Shown here: one piece after another, positions 8,760 through 18,633 of the stretch
Position numbering within the stretch: position 1 is the stretch's first letter
Layout of the letters: every line of letters starts with the position of its first letter
Made by a program: the position numbers and the translations under genes
Notes under the pieces: model-generated
What the model saw: the letters and a program-made list of their open reading frames with translations, nothing else
Database searches by the model: none
What the model was told of the DNA's origin: nothing
Assembly: GCA_046290225.1 (NCBI GenBank)
Contig: JBKAGE010000076.1
Coordinates: 1 to 64,000 of the forward strand
Origin: Bradymonadia bacterium
GTDB taxonomy: Bacteria > Myxococcota_A > Bradymonadia > UBA7976 > UBA1532
Reading direction: 5' to 3'
DNA: 64,000 bases

Positions 8760-9620
8760 ATGAAGCCCGACACCACCACTCAGCGCGCTCACCCTCTACT
8801 CGATGAGGGCACCGTCCTCCGGCTCTACACCCTCGCTCAGCGGTTCAAAGGGCTCGGCGCCCAGGGAGGCCTGACACCAGAAGATCTCGTCCACGAAGCC
8901 TTGGGAGCGATGCTGGCCGGCAAGAAGACGCTTGAGTACCGCTCGGAGGCGACGTTCATGGCCTGGGCGCGAGTTGTCTTGTATCGAATCGCCATCGACG
9001 GCAAGCGCAAGCGCTCTCTCGAGCGTGCGCTCAACCACTCGAGCAACGGATCTGCAGATGCCTCGGAAGAGATTTATGCGCCTCACATCCACAGGGCCCG
9101 CGCTTGCCCATCTTCTGACCTCGTCGATTTCGCCTACGAGATCGACGACAACGCCAAGTCGTGGGGGCTTGAGTTTGAAGATCTCGTCATGTTGATCAGG
9201 CATACCCTCGACACACCCCTGGAGCTCGCCGGCCAAGTCGATCAGTTCATGGAGTTCTTGCTCGTCTGCGCCGCCGAAGCCAAGAGCCCTGCGTTGATGG
9301 TGGCCGGTCTCTTGAAGCGTGTGATCGAGAAGTGCGTTGCGGATGCGAAGCAGGGCACTCGGCGGGCCAACCGGCGCGCCTATCTCAAGCTTATCCTCGA
9401 CAACCCCGAGAGCTTTGCATCGGTGCTGAGCCAAAGGTCATACGTCAGCTTCATCCCCGTGTTGTTCGCCCACTACGCTCAAGGCAAGAGCTTCAAAGAC
9501 GCCTCAGGCGAGCTGGGCTGCTCCTATTCGAACGCCCGCAACAAGCACTCAGATCTGCTCAAAGCTCTCAAGGGCCAAGTCTTTGGTTTGGTTACACAGG
9601 ACATCGCCTGGGCAGCTTAA
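8760..9620 (+). CDS. ECF-type sigma-70 factor-like protein with a long insertion between regions 2 and 4
   Basis: Region 2-like EDLVHEAL...FMAWARVVLYRIAIDGKR and region 4 HTH-like HYAQGKSFKDASGELGCSYSNARNK. GGGG RBS upstream. Confidence 0.7.
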   Translation: MKPDTTTQRAHPLLDEGTVLRLYTLAQRFKGLGAQGGLTPEDLVHEALGAMLAGKKTLEYRSEATFMAWARVVLYRIAIDGKRKRSLERALNHSSNGSADASEEIYAPHIHRARACPSSDLVDFAYEIDDNAKSWGLEFEDLVMLIRHTLDTPLELAGQVDQFMEFLLVCAAEAKSPALMVAGLLKRVIEKCVADAKQGTRRANRRAYLKLILDNPESFASVLSQRSYVSFIPVLFAHYAQGKSFKDASGELGCSYSNARNKHSDLLKALKGQVFGLVTQDIAWAA

Positions 9621-9628
9621 GGAGCGGC

Positions 9629-10162
9629 TCACCCAAACACCCCCTCCACACCCGGGAAGCTCTCCACCAGATACCCCACCCCCGTAATCATCTCCTCGTA
9701 CCCCGGCACCGTGCGCTCTGCGTCGCTCACCCCCGCCGCCTCGTGCAACATCACACACAGCAGCGCTGTGAGCACGAACGCCGCCCCTGCCTCAGCGCCT
9801 TCGCCGAGGTTCTGCGCCTCCTCGCTCGCCCGGATCGCCACCTCGTCCGTGGGTCCGCACATCGCCAGCGCCTCGCTCTGCACCGACGGCTCTTCCAGCC
9901 ACAGCGCCAGTACGTCTATCCCGCGTCGCGTCAGCGCAATGTCCACCTCCGCCAACGCCTCATCTCCACCGGACCAGTACCCGCGCCAGCACTCTGCCCA
10001 GAGTGGCTGCAAACCTTCGAGCACCGGCAGCGCACCGCGCACGCGGTCGTCAGCGGCCTCAAAGGCCAGCATCCCGTCGATCCACGCCTCTACACTCATC
10101 GCCTCACCTCGAGAAATCTCGCCGATGTTCACCTCGCCAGTGAACACGCGACGCGCTGACAT
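9629..10162 (-). CDS. Hypothetical acidic protein
   Basis: 177-aa ORF with an ATG start that fills the gap, convergent with the sigma gene. No recognisable motif. Confidence 0.55.
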   Translation of the reverse strand: MSARRVFTGEVNIGEISRGEAMSVEAWIDGMLAFEAADDRVRGALPVLEGLQPLWAECWRGYWSGGDEALAEVDIALTRRGIDVLALWLEEPSVQSEALAMCGPTDEVAIRASEEAQNLGEGAEAGAAFVLTALLCVMLHEAAGVSDAERTVPGYEEMITGVGYLVESFPGVEGVFG

Positions 10163-10188
10163 CGTTGCTCTTCCGTGTGCACACGCAT

Positions 10189-10351
10189 TAGAGCGTTATG
10201 AGGAAGAAGCTGCTACACCAGACTTGCCCATCGACGAGATCTCAAGCTCAGAAATGCTCGGTGATGCTTTGGCATCGCCTGCGCTTTCTTCCCTCGACCT
10301 CTCGCCGATGTTCTTCGCCTGCCGCATCAGCTTCTTCCGCATAACGCTCTA
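10189..10351. mobile_element. MITE-like element with 22-bp terminal inverted repeats flanked by TA
   Basis: TA-GAGCGTTATGAGGAAGAAGCTG (10189-10212) and CAGCTTCTTCCGCATAACGCTC-TA (10328-10351) are inverted with one mismatch. The interior has no convincing coding capacity. Confidence 0.75.
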
Positions 10352-10386
10352 TCAGCAGAGAACGCACCCAGAGCCCAGGCAAACCC

Positions 10387-12351
10387 ATGAGACTCATCAT
10401 CCCCTTGCTGCTGCTCCTCGCCTGCGGCTGCGACGCCACCTCCAGCTACTTCGATCAGTTCAAGACCGGGCCCCGGGCCCTCACCGACGAAGATGCCTTC
10501 GGGCGGCTGAGCCCCGATCGCAGCGGCGCCCCCGAGGCCGACATCAGCTCAGTCATGATGGCCATCGACAACGAGATCCGTGGCGGCGGTCCCATGGCGC
10601 AAGACCCCCAGGTCGATCAGCTGATGCGTCGCGTCGTCTTCGATCGCCAGCACATCGACGAGAGTCGGTTCGAGCTCGTCGACTTCGGAGAATTTGGCCT
10701 CGAAGAGAGCGTTGAGAAGAGCAACTGCGCCTTCGAAGCCCCCGACGAAAAGCTCATGGCCGACGACTATGTGATCCCTGGCGTGGAGAAGATCCCTGTG
10801 CGCAGTCAGGGTGGGCGGGGCACCTGCGCCGCCTTCGCCGGCATCGCCAGCATCGAGTATGCCGCCCTCAACCAGAAAGACGGTCCCGCTGCATCCACCC
10901 TGCCCACCCTCGATCTCAGCGAGCAGCGGTTCTACTGGATGTCGAAGCCCAGCTGCCAGGGCCCCACGGGGTGTGAGTGCCCGGACTGCAAACAGGGCTC
11001 GTGGTACACCGTGGGCATGGATGCCTCCGCTGCTGGCGGTGACTTCAACATCCCTCTGGAGACTGACTGCCCCTACAACCGCACCAAGGGCGACAACGAC
11101 ACCCAGTATCCCCAGGCCGAGAGCTGTAAGATCGGCGCCGTGCAGGTGGAAGAGGTCGACAACTGGTGTGGCATCGACGATCTCATCGACTTGCTCAACC
11201 GGGGCTACGCCGTGCCCTATGCCAGCCCGCTCTCGGGCAACTGGTCCGCCAACGACGGCCTCATCACCGCCGCCGACCTCTCCAAGCCCGACAACAGCAT
11301 CCACTCCGGGGGTCACGCCTACCTGATCGTGGGCTACCGCAAGCTGCCCGACATGCCCGAAGAGGGCGGCGTGTGCTTCTACATCAAGAACTCGTGGGGC
11401 ACCGGCTGGGGCGTCGCAGGCTACAGCTGCCAGACCCTCGAGTGGATGCGCCAGGTCACCTTCAACGGCTTCATCTCCCGGCAACAGCCCGTGGCCCTGA
11501 AGGTGCGTGTTCGTGACGACTTGCAGCGTGGAGACGCGCTGCCCGACAACGACGACACTGAGGGTGACTTCCCCGACATCTTCGACGAGACCGATCCCGA
11601 CGATGACGACGTGCTCCCTGCGCCACAACCTGACCCTGAGCCGGAGCCAGAGCCTGAGCCTGCCCCGGAGCCCCCTGTAGAGGTCTTCACCGACGCCAGG
11701 CTCTACGGGCCGAATGAGACCTACTACGAGGTCCAGACCCACGCAGAAGACGACGACCTGTTCATCCGGGGCGAGATGAAGCAGGGGGCGGGATACACCG
11801 AGATGCTGCGGCTCAAGCTCGACGGCGACAACATCATCTACAAAGGCGACGTGATCGGCGAACGGCGCGGCGACGTGCTCACGGTATGCACCCGAGAGTG
11901 GGCGCCGCTGTGCGCCCTGCGCTACCGGGATGTCGACCAGCGGCTCTACGTGCAGTTCCGCGATGACGACCTGCGAGCGGTCAAGGCAGAGGAGACCGCC
12001 GAAGAGCGAGGCACGTGGTACAGCCTCGATCTCGGCCGCGAGTACGGGCTGTTCCTGCCCAACGACGTCACCTCGTTCGACTTCCTGCTCAACCCGAAGA
12101 CCTTTGTGCGCCTGGGCGGCAGCGTCCCTGCCAGGGTCTCGCTGCAGCGGGTGAGCGGCGGCACCGACTTCATGGTGAGGCTCAGCGGTCAGGAGATCGG
12201 GGTGTTCAAGCCCACAGCGCCCACTCAGAGCGCCCTGTGCAGCGGGCCGGACTATGGCGAACGCTGCGAGCTGCGGGGCCTCGACCGGACCTTCGTGCTC
12301 CCTCGAAACACGGGCACTCGGGTCAAACGCGCGGAAGAGGTCGAGCGGTAG
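10387..12351 (+). CDS. Papain-like (C1 family) cysteine protease lipoprotein
   Basis: Lipobox LLACGC; oxyanion Q and catalytic Cys in QGGRGTCAAFA; LDLSEQ; catalytic His GHAY; IKNSWG; acidic/PE-repeat linker before an unknown C-terminal domain. Confidence 0.88.
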   Translation: MRLIIPLLLLLACGCDATSSYFDQFKTGPRALTDEDAFGRLSPDRSGAPEADISSVMMAIDNEIRGGGPMAQDPQVDQLMRRVVFDRQHIDESRFELVDFGEFGLEESVEKSNCAFEAPDEKLMADDYVIPGVEKIPVRSQGGRGTCAAFAGIASIEYAALNQKDGPAASTLPTLDLSEQRFYWMSKPSCQGPTGCECPDCKQGSWYTVGMDASAAGGDFNIPLETDCPYNRTKGDNDTQYPQAESCKIGAVQVEEVDNWCGIDDLIDLLNRGYAVPYASPLSGNWSANDGLITAADLSKPDNSIHSGGHAYLIVGYRKLPDMPEEGGVCFYIKNSWGTGWGVAGYSCQTLEWMRQVTFNGFISRQQPVALKVRVRDDLQRGDALPDNDDTEGDFPDIFDETDPDDDDVLPAPQPDPEPEPEPEPAPEPPVEVFTDARLYGPNETYYEVQTHAEDDDLFIRGEMKQGAGYTEMLRLKLDGDNIIYKGDVIGERRGDVLTVCTREWAPLCALRYRDVDQRLYVQFRDDDLRAVKAEETAEERGTWYSLDLGREYGLFLPNDVTSFDFLLNPKTFVRLGGSVPARVSLQRVSGGTDFMVRLSGQEIGVFKPTAPTQSALCSGPDYGERCELRGLDRTFVLPRNTGTRVKRAEEVER

Positions 12352-12364
12352 CCCACTGTGACGC

Positions 12365-12408
12365 TCACGCCCGTAGCTTCTTACGCCCGCAGCCCTTACG
12401 CCCGCAGC
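12365..12408 (-). repeat. Three 13-bp copies of the gene-terminal sequence GCTGCGGGCGTAA
   Basis: Copies at 12365-12377, 12381-12393 and 12396-12408; the last is the true gene end. A similar pair lies at 14002-14014 and 14017-14029. Confidence 0.8.
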
Positions 12409-13988
12409 AGCGTCACCGCACGGCCTGAGGGCGTGGTGTGATCTTCAAAGCGGACACGGTCGTCCACGTCGGCAGCGTCGTCACGCATGTCGAAGATGAC
12501 GAGCCAGCCGTGGGCCACGCCAGTGCGGCCCAAATACTCGTCGATTTGCTCCAGCCCGCGGGCCAGTGGGTCACCACGACGGTCGGTGGTGGCCCAGCGC
12601 TTGAGCTCGACGACCTCGCGCTGCACCTGACGGCCCTCTGGGGTCTCGTGAGGCCAACGCACCAGCAGGTCGATGCGGCCACGACCCATGCCGTACTCGC
12701 GGTCGATGGTGCCGCCGCCGTTCACCACGCGCTGCAGGAACGCCATCATCACGATTTGAGCCGTAGCCTCGGGGTAAGTTTGCCCAGGGCGGGCCATGGC
12801 CTCCCCGTGCTCCATCCAAAACTCAGCGAAGGCCTCCATGGCGCCGCGCATGTCGAAGCGCCCATCAGACAACACGAAGCGCGACGGCTCCACCACGATG
12901 CGGGGGGTGTAGTTCGCCGTCAGGGCCCGCACCATCACCTCGCGGTAAATCGGGTTCGCAGGCCGCACAGGCAGGTCCCGGGCGATGAGCCCCAAGTCGG
13001 TCACGTAGCTCACGTCGTCGCTGTACGTCATGTCCGAGCTCGTCTGAGGCGCCCCACCAGAGATGAGCGGCTCCAGCACTCGGCGCACCGGCGGCTCGTG
13101 CAGCTTCGACACCAGCGAGTCCAGGTGTGTCGCTCGGTCCAGAATCAGCCGCGCCTTCGCCAGCTCTATGTGCTCGACGGTGACGGTCTCAGTGACGCGC
13201 ATTTTGTAGAGCACCTCGGCGGCGAGGCTGTTCACCAACCATGGCTGCCCCTGAGTCAGCTCGACCACCCGGGACAACGCCTCGGTGGTGAAGCCCTGAT
13301 CCGTGGCCTCTGTGTGCAGTGTGTACAGCGCCTCGACCTGCTCAGCGGTGAAGTTCCCCAGAGTGAGCGACGCCACCTTGATGTTGAACGGGCTCGAGGT
13401 GCCCAGCCGATCGCTGCCCCCGCTGGCGCGTTTGTAGTCTCGAACGTCACGCAGCCCACACAGCGCCACCGACCAAGGGCCGTGCTCAGGGCGATGATTG
13501 TGCGTCGCTCGGAGCTGCCGGAGCACAGAGACGAGGCTCTGCCCGCGCAAAGCGTCGATCTCGTCGAAGAAGAGGACCACCGGCTTGGGGCACACCTCGC
13601 ACCACTCGCTCAAGAACGTGCTGAGCAGGGCTGTGTCGGGGCTCTCCTGAACGCGCTCAGGGGGCCGCTCCTGCTCTGGCAATTGGCGGCGGCTCTCCAT
13701 GCGGATTTGATGAATCACCGCCCGTTGCGCCTCGGCGTAATCGTCCCCTGCGGCCTCTCCTGCTTCACACGAGAAATAGACCGTCGTGAACGTCCCGGCG
13801 ACGTTGAGCGCCTGCGCGAGATGCTGCAACGCCGTGGTCTTGCCTGTCTGTCGAGGGGCGTGCACCACGAAATATGCCCCGTCTTCGACGAGCTCGTGCG
13901 CCTCTGGCAGGCGCTCCAGAGGCGGCAGCATATAGTGCCTGTGGGCATAGCACGGCCCAGCGGTGTTGAACTTTTTGGCTCTCTGCAT
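12396..13988 (-). CDS. AAA-like P-loop NTPase with C-terminal PD-(D/E)xK nuclease-like domain (paralog 2)
   Basis: FNTAGPC start, Walker A APRQTGKTT, Walker B FFDEID, SPFNIK, TQGQPWLVN, C-terminal REY...GRIDL...ELK. Start ATG 13988 with a GAGG RBS. Confidence 0.9.
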   Translation of the reverse strand: MQRAKKFNTAGPCYAHRHYMLPPLERLPEAHELVEDGAYFVVHAPRQTGKTTALQHLAQALNVAGTFTTVYFSCEAGEAAGDDYAEAQRAVIHQIRMESRRQLPEQERPPERVQESPDTALLSTFLSEWCEVCPKPVVLFFDEIDALRGQSLVSVLRQLRATHNHRPEHGPWSVALCGLRDVRDYKRASGGSDRLGTSSPFNIKVASLTLGNFTAEQVEALYTLHTEATDQGFTTEALSRVVELTQGQPWLVNSLAAEVLYKMRVTETVTVEHIELAKARLILDRATHLDSLVSKLHEPPVRRVLEPLISGGAPQTSSDMTYSDDVSYVTDLGLIARDLPVRPANPIYREVMVRALTANYTPRIVVEPSRFVLSDGRFDMRGAMEAFAEFWMEHGEAMARPGQTYPEATAQIVMMAFLQRVVNGGGTIDREYGMGRGRIDLLVRWPHETPEGRQVQREVVELKRWATTDRRGDPLARGLEQIDEYLGRTGVAHGWLVIFDMRDDAADVDDRVRFEDHTTPSGRAVTLLRA

Positions 13989-14016
13989 ACCGCTCACCCT
14001 CTCACGCACGCAGCTC

Positions 14017-15600
14017 TTACGCCCGCAACAATGTCACCGCCCGGCCTGAGGGCGTGGTGTGATCTTCAAAGCGGACACGGTCGTCCACGTCGGGGGCGTC
14101 GTCGCGCATATCGAAGATGACGAGCCAGCCGTGGGCCACGCCAGTGCGCCCCAAGTACTCGTCGATTTGCTCCAGGCCCCGCGCAAGTGGATCACCGCGG
14201 CGATCTCCAGTGGACCAGCGCTTCAGTTCAACGACCTCGCGCTGAAGCTGGCGGCCCTCTGCAGTCTCGTAGGGCCAACGCACCAAGAGGTCGATACGGC
14301 CGCGACCCATGCCGTACTCGCGGTCGATTGTGCCGCCACCGTTCACGACACGCTGTAAGAACGCCATCATCACAATCTGCGCCGTGGCTTCGGGGTACGT
14401 CTGCCCCGGACGGGCCATGGCCTCACCATGCTCCATCCAGAAGTCGGCAAAGGCCTGCATCGCCCCGCCCATATCGAAGCGGCCATCAGGCATCACGAAG
14501 CGCGCTGGCTCAGTGACGATGCGAGGGGTGTAGTTCGCCGTGAGGGCCCGGACCATCACCTCGCGATAGATGGGGTTCGCCGGGCGTATGGGCAGGTCGC
14601 GGGCGATGAGGCCCAGGTCGGTCACATAGCTCACATCGTCGCTGTATGTCATGTCGGAGCTTGTCTGAGGCGCGCCACCAGAGATGAGCGGCTCAAGCAC
14701 TCGATGCACAGGTGGCTCGTGCAGCTTTGACACCAGCGAGTCGAGGTGTGTCGCTCGAGCAAGGATCAACCGCGCCTTCGCCTGCTCGATGTGATCGACG
14801 GTGATGGTCTCGGTGATACGCATTTTGTGGATCACCTCGGCAGCGAGGCTGTTCACCAACCAGGGCTGCCCCTGCGTCAACTCAAAGGCGCGCAGCAGCG
14901 CAGCATCAGCGAATGCCTGTCCTGTCGTCTCAGTGTGCTCACGATAAAGAGCGGTCAGCTCACCAATACTGAAGTTGCCAACAGTGAGTGACTCCACCTT
15001 GATGTTGAACGGGCTCGCGGTCCCCAAGCGGTCGCTCCCCCCGCTGGCCTTTTTGTAATCACGCACATCGCGCAGCCCGCACAACACCACCGACCATGGC
15101 GCCCGAGCTGGGCGGTTGGGAAAACCAGCCCGCAGCTGACGTAGCACCACATTGAGCGCCTCACCCCTCAGGGCGTCGATCTCATCAAAGAGCAGCACCA
15201 GCTGTTTCGGGCAGGTCTGAGCCCATGTCGAGAGCGCGTTGAACAACATCGGTGGGGGCGAATCGAGCAGATCCTCGGGCGGCCGACAATCTGCGGGCAA
15301 CTGTGCAGAGGCCTCGGTGATCATCGTCCCGACGAGCTGTCGCATCGTCTCGTTGGGATCATCAGGCCATGCCGAGGCCGCCTCACAGGTGAAGTAGACC
15401 GCGGCCTGATCACCTTGAGCGTTGATGGCTTCAGCTGCAGCTCTGATGGTGGTGGTCTTGCCGCACTGTCGTGGGGCGTGCACCACGATGTAGTCGCCAT
15501 ACTCCACGTGATCGAGCAGCGAGGGCAAACGCGGCAACGGCGGCAACATATAGTGTCGCTGTCCGTCACAGGGCCCGGCGGTGTTGAAGCGCTTCTTCAT
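14017..15600 (-). CDS. AAA-like P-loop NTPase with C-terminal PD-(D/E)xK nuclease-like domain (paralog 1)
   Basis: Same motifs as the neighbour (APRQCGKTT, LFDEID, GRIDL...ELK); GAGGA RBS. Confidence 0.9.
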   Translation of the reverse strand: MKKRFNTAGPCDGQRHYMLPPLPRLPSLLDHVEYGDYIVVHAPRQCGKTTTIRAAAEAINAQGDQAAVYFTCEAASAWPDDPNETMRQLVGTMITEASAQLPADCRPPEDLLDSPPPMLFNALSTWAQTCPKQLVLLFDEIDALRGEALNVVLRQLRAGFPNRPARAPWSVVLCGLRDVRDYKKASGGSDRLGTASPFNIKVESLTVGNFSIGELTALYREHTETTGQAFADAALLRAFELTQGQPWLVNSLAAEVIHKMRITETITVDHIEQAKARLILARATHLDSLVSKLHEPPVHRVLEPLISGGAPQTSSDMTYSDDVSYVTDLGLIARDLPIRPANPIYREVMVRALTANYTPRIVTEPARFVMPDGRFDMGGAMQAFADFWMEHGEAMARPGQTYPEATAQIVMMAFLQRVVNGGGTIDREYGMGRGRIDLLVRWPYETAEGRQLQREVVELKRWSTGDRRGDPLARGLEQIDEYLGRTGVAHGWLVIFDMRDDAPDVDDRVRFEDHTTPSGRAVTLLRA

Positions 15601-15714
15601 CGATCCTCGTGCGGTGTCTCTCGAAGGCTCACCGTATCACGAAGCGACTCTGGAGCTTCAGTGGTCCGCGCTGACATATGGGGCAACGTCGGCTCAACTT
15701 GAACACCCGAACGA

Positions 15715-16965
<1,251 letters not shown>

Positions 16966-17033
16966 GGGGCTCCTGGGACCTGGGCACAGGTCGAATCTGG
17001 CATGCACGCTGAGGTGTACTCAGCGGCGACACA

Positions 17034-18452
17034 TCAAAGGGATTCCAAGAACTTCACGACGCGGGCGCGATCAGCAGCGGCGAGGGTGCGGAACCGCTCT
17101 CGGGCTGCTTTGGCTTCGCCACCGTGCCAGAGGATGGCCTCGGCAAAACCTTGAGCGCGGCCGTCGTGCAACAAGAGGGTGTGGCGGTTCACCGTCTCCA
17201 GAAGGCCAATGCCCCAGAGCGGCGCCGTGCGCCATTCGCGCCCCGTGGCTTCGAAGTCGGGGCGGCCATCGGCGAGGCCCTCGCCCATGTCGTGCAAGAG
17301 CAAGTCGGTGTAGGGCCTGATCTTCTGGTTCGAGACTTCGGGCACACCCTCGAGCACGCCGGTCTCGAAATAGGGCACGTGACAGGAAGCGCACCCCATC
17401 TCGCCGAAGAGCGCCTTCCCCGCCAGCACCTCGGGGTCCTTCCAGTTGCGCCGGGCAGGCACCGCCAGGGTTCGGGTGTACAGCGTCACCCGATCCAGTT
17501 TGCGGGGCGTGACCTCGGGCTCGGTCATCTTGCCCTCTGCGTCATAGCTCGCCCCTGTGCGCGCTGCGGCACACGCGGCCTGACCCTCGACACAGTTCTC
17601 CTTGGGGAAGAGCGTCGTCGTAATGCCGATGTCACCGAGGAAGGCGCCGGCGTTTTGCTGCAGCAGTGAGGGCTGGTTCGACTTCCACCCGAAGCGCCCG
17701 AGCCGGTGTGCCTCTGCAGAGGCATCCCATACCCGGTTGGGTCGACCGCTGATGCCATCACCGTTGGCATCGTCGGGATCTGCGTGGGCGAGGATCTTCT
17801 CCTCGGGGATCGCTTCGAGCAGCCCCAACCCGAAGACCGCCGGGGCGGTGCGGCCGGAGATGAGGGTGTTCGAGGGCAGCGTGCCCATCGACATCTCCGA
17901 GAACACGTACTTCGGGCGCCTCAACGTGTACGTGGTGCCATCGGCATACTCGCCGGGCACCTCGGTCCATTCGATGTCCACGCGGCCCTCGCCGGGCACG
18001 TTGGGGATGCCGAAGGGGTTGATCTGATCGCCATAGCCGGGCACGGGCACGACGCCACCGTGCGGGCCTGCACCCGGCACGCTGATGCGCACCAGCATGG
18101 ACTCCATGACCTCGCCCGCCTCTGGCGGCCTGCCACGGCCATCTTTGAAATGGCACACGTCACACGAGCGTGCGTTGAACACAGGGCCCAAGCCATCTCG
18201 GCCGGCGGTGGACGCCGGGGCGATCACCCAGGGCTTATTGAAGGCCGAGTTGCCGACGAAGAACAGCCCCCGACGCTCCGGTGAGAGGTTGCGCGCCCCT
18301 CGAGCGTAGGCGTCACGGGTGACGTCGAAGACCGTGGTCTCGCCTCCAGAGAGCTCTTCCCCGGGCTCTGGTGCCAGCGTGGGTGTCTCATCTCCGCAGG
18401 CGGCCAGGGTCGACACGAGGAGAGACAGGCAGACTGTGCGGCGGGACAGCAT
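17034..18452 (-). CDS. Di-heme oxidoreductase (DHOR/DUF1111) lipoprotein
   Basis: Lipobox LAAC; two CxxCH motifs (CDVCH, CASCH); GLGPVFNARSC; GRFGWKS; TDLLLHDMG; LHDGRA. Confidence 0.93.
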   Translation of the reverse strand: MLSRRTVCLSLLVSTLAACGDETPTLAPEPGEELSGGETTVFDVTRDAYARGARNLSPERRGLFFVGNSAFNKPWVIAPASTAGRDGLGPVFNARSCDVCHFKDGRGRPPEAGEVMESMLVRISVPGAGPHGGVVPVPGYGDQINPFGIPNVPGEGRVDIEWTEVPGEYADGTTYTLRRPKYVFSEMSMGTLPSNTLISGRTAPAVFGLGLLEAIPEEKILAHADPDDANGDGISGRPNRVWDASAEAHRLGRFGWKSNQPSLLQQNAGAFLGDIGITTTLFPKENCVEGQAACAAARTGASYDAEGKMTEPEVTPRKLDRVTLYTRTLAVPARRNWKDPEVLAGKALFGEMGCASCHVPYFETGVLEGVPEVSNQKIRPYTDLLLHDMGEGLADGRPDFEATGREWRTAPLWGIGLLETVNRHTLLLHDGRAQGFAEAILWHGGEAKAARERFRTLAAADRARVVKFLESL

Positions 18453-18519
18453 GAACGAGAGGCTCCGAGGAGGCGCTGACCTCCAGGCTGGTGTCGACGC
18501 CCATGATCACGGGCATCGT

Positions 18520-18539
18520 TTTGAATTCGGTTTTCATTT
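18520..18539. promoter_or_regulatory. Putative Fur-like iron operator
   Basis: AT-rich TGA-N9-TCA element (minus strand AATGAAAACCGAATTCAAAA) about 70 bp upstream of the DHOR-imelysin pair. Confidence 0.55.
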
Positions 18540-18633
18540 TACCGCGGGGCAGGCGACTCTCGTCAGAGAAAATCCAGCCACCCCTCATGTCATCGCGCAC
18601 AGAGCCTCACGCGATGGCCTGCTGGGCCTGCAC

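Noticed and set aside
11625..11675. CCTGAG/CCGGAG repeats as a mobile or regulatory repeat
   Set aside because: They encode a Pro-Glu linker within the protease.
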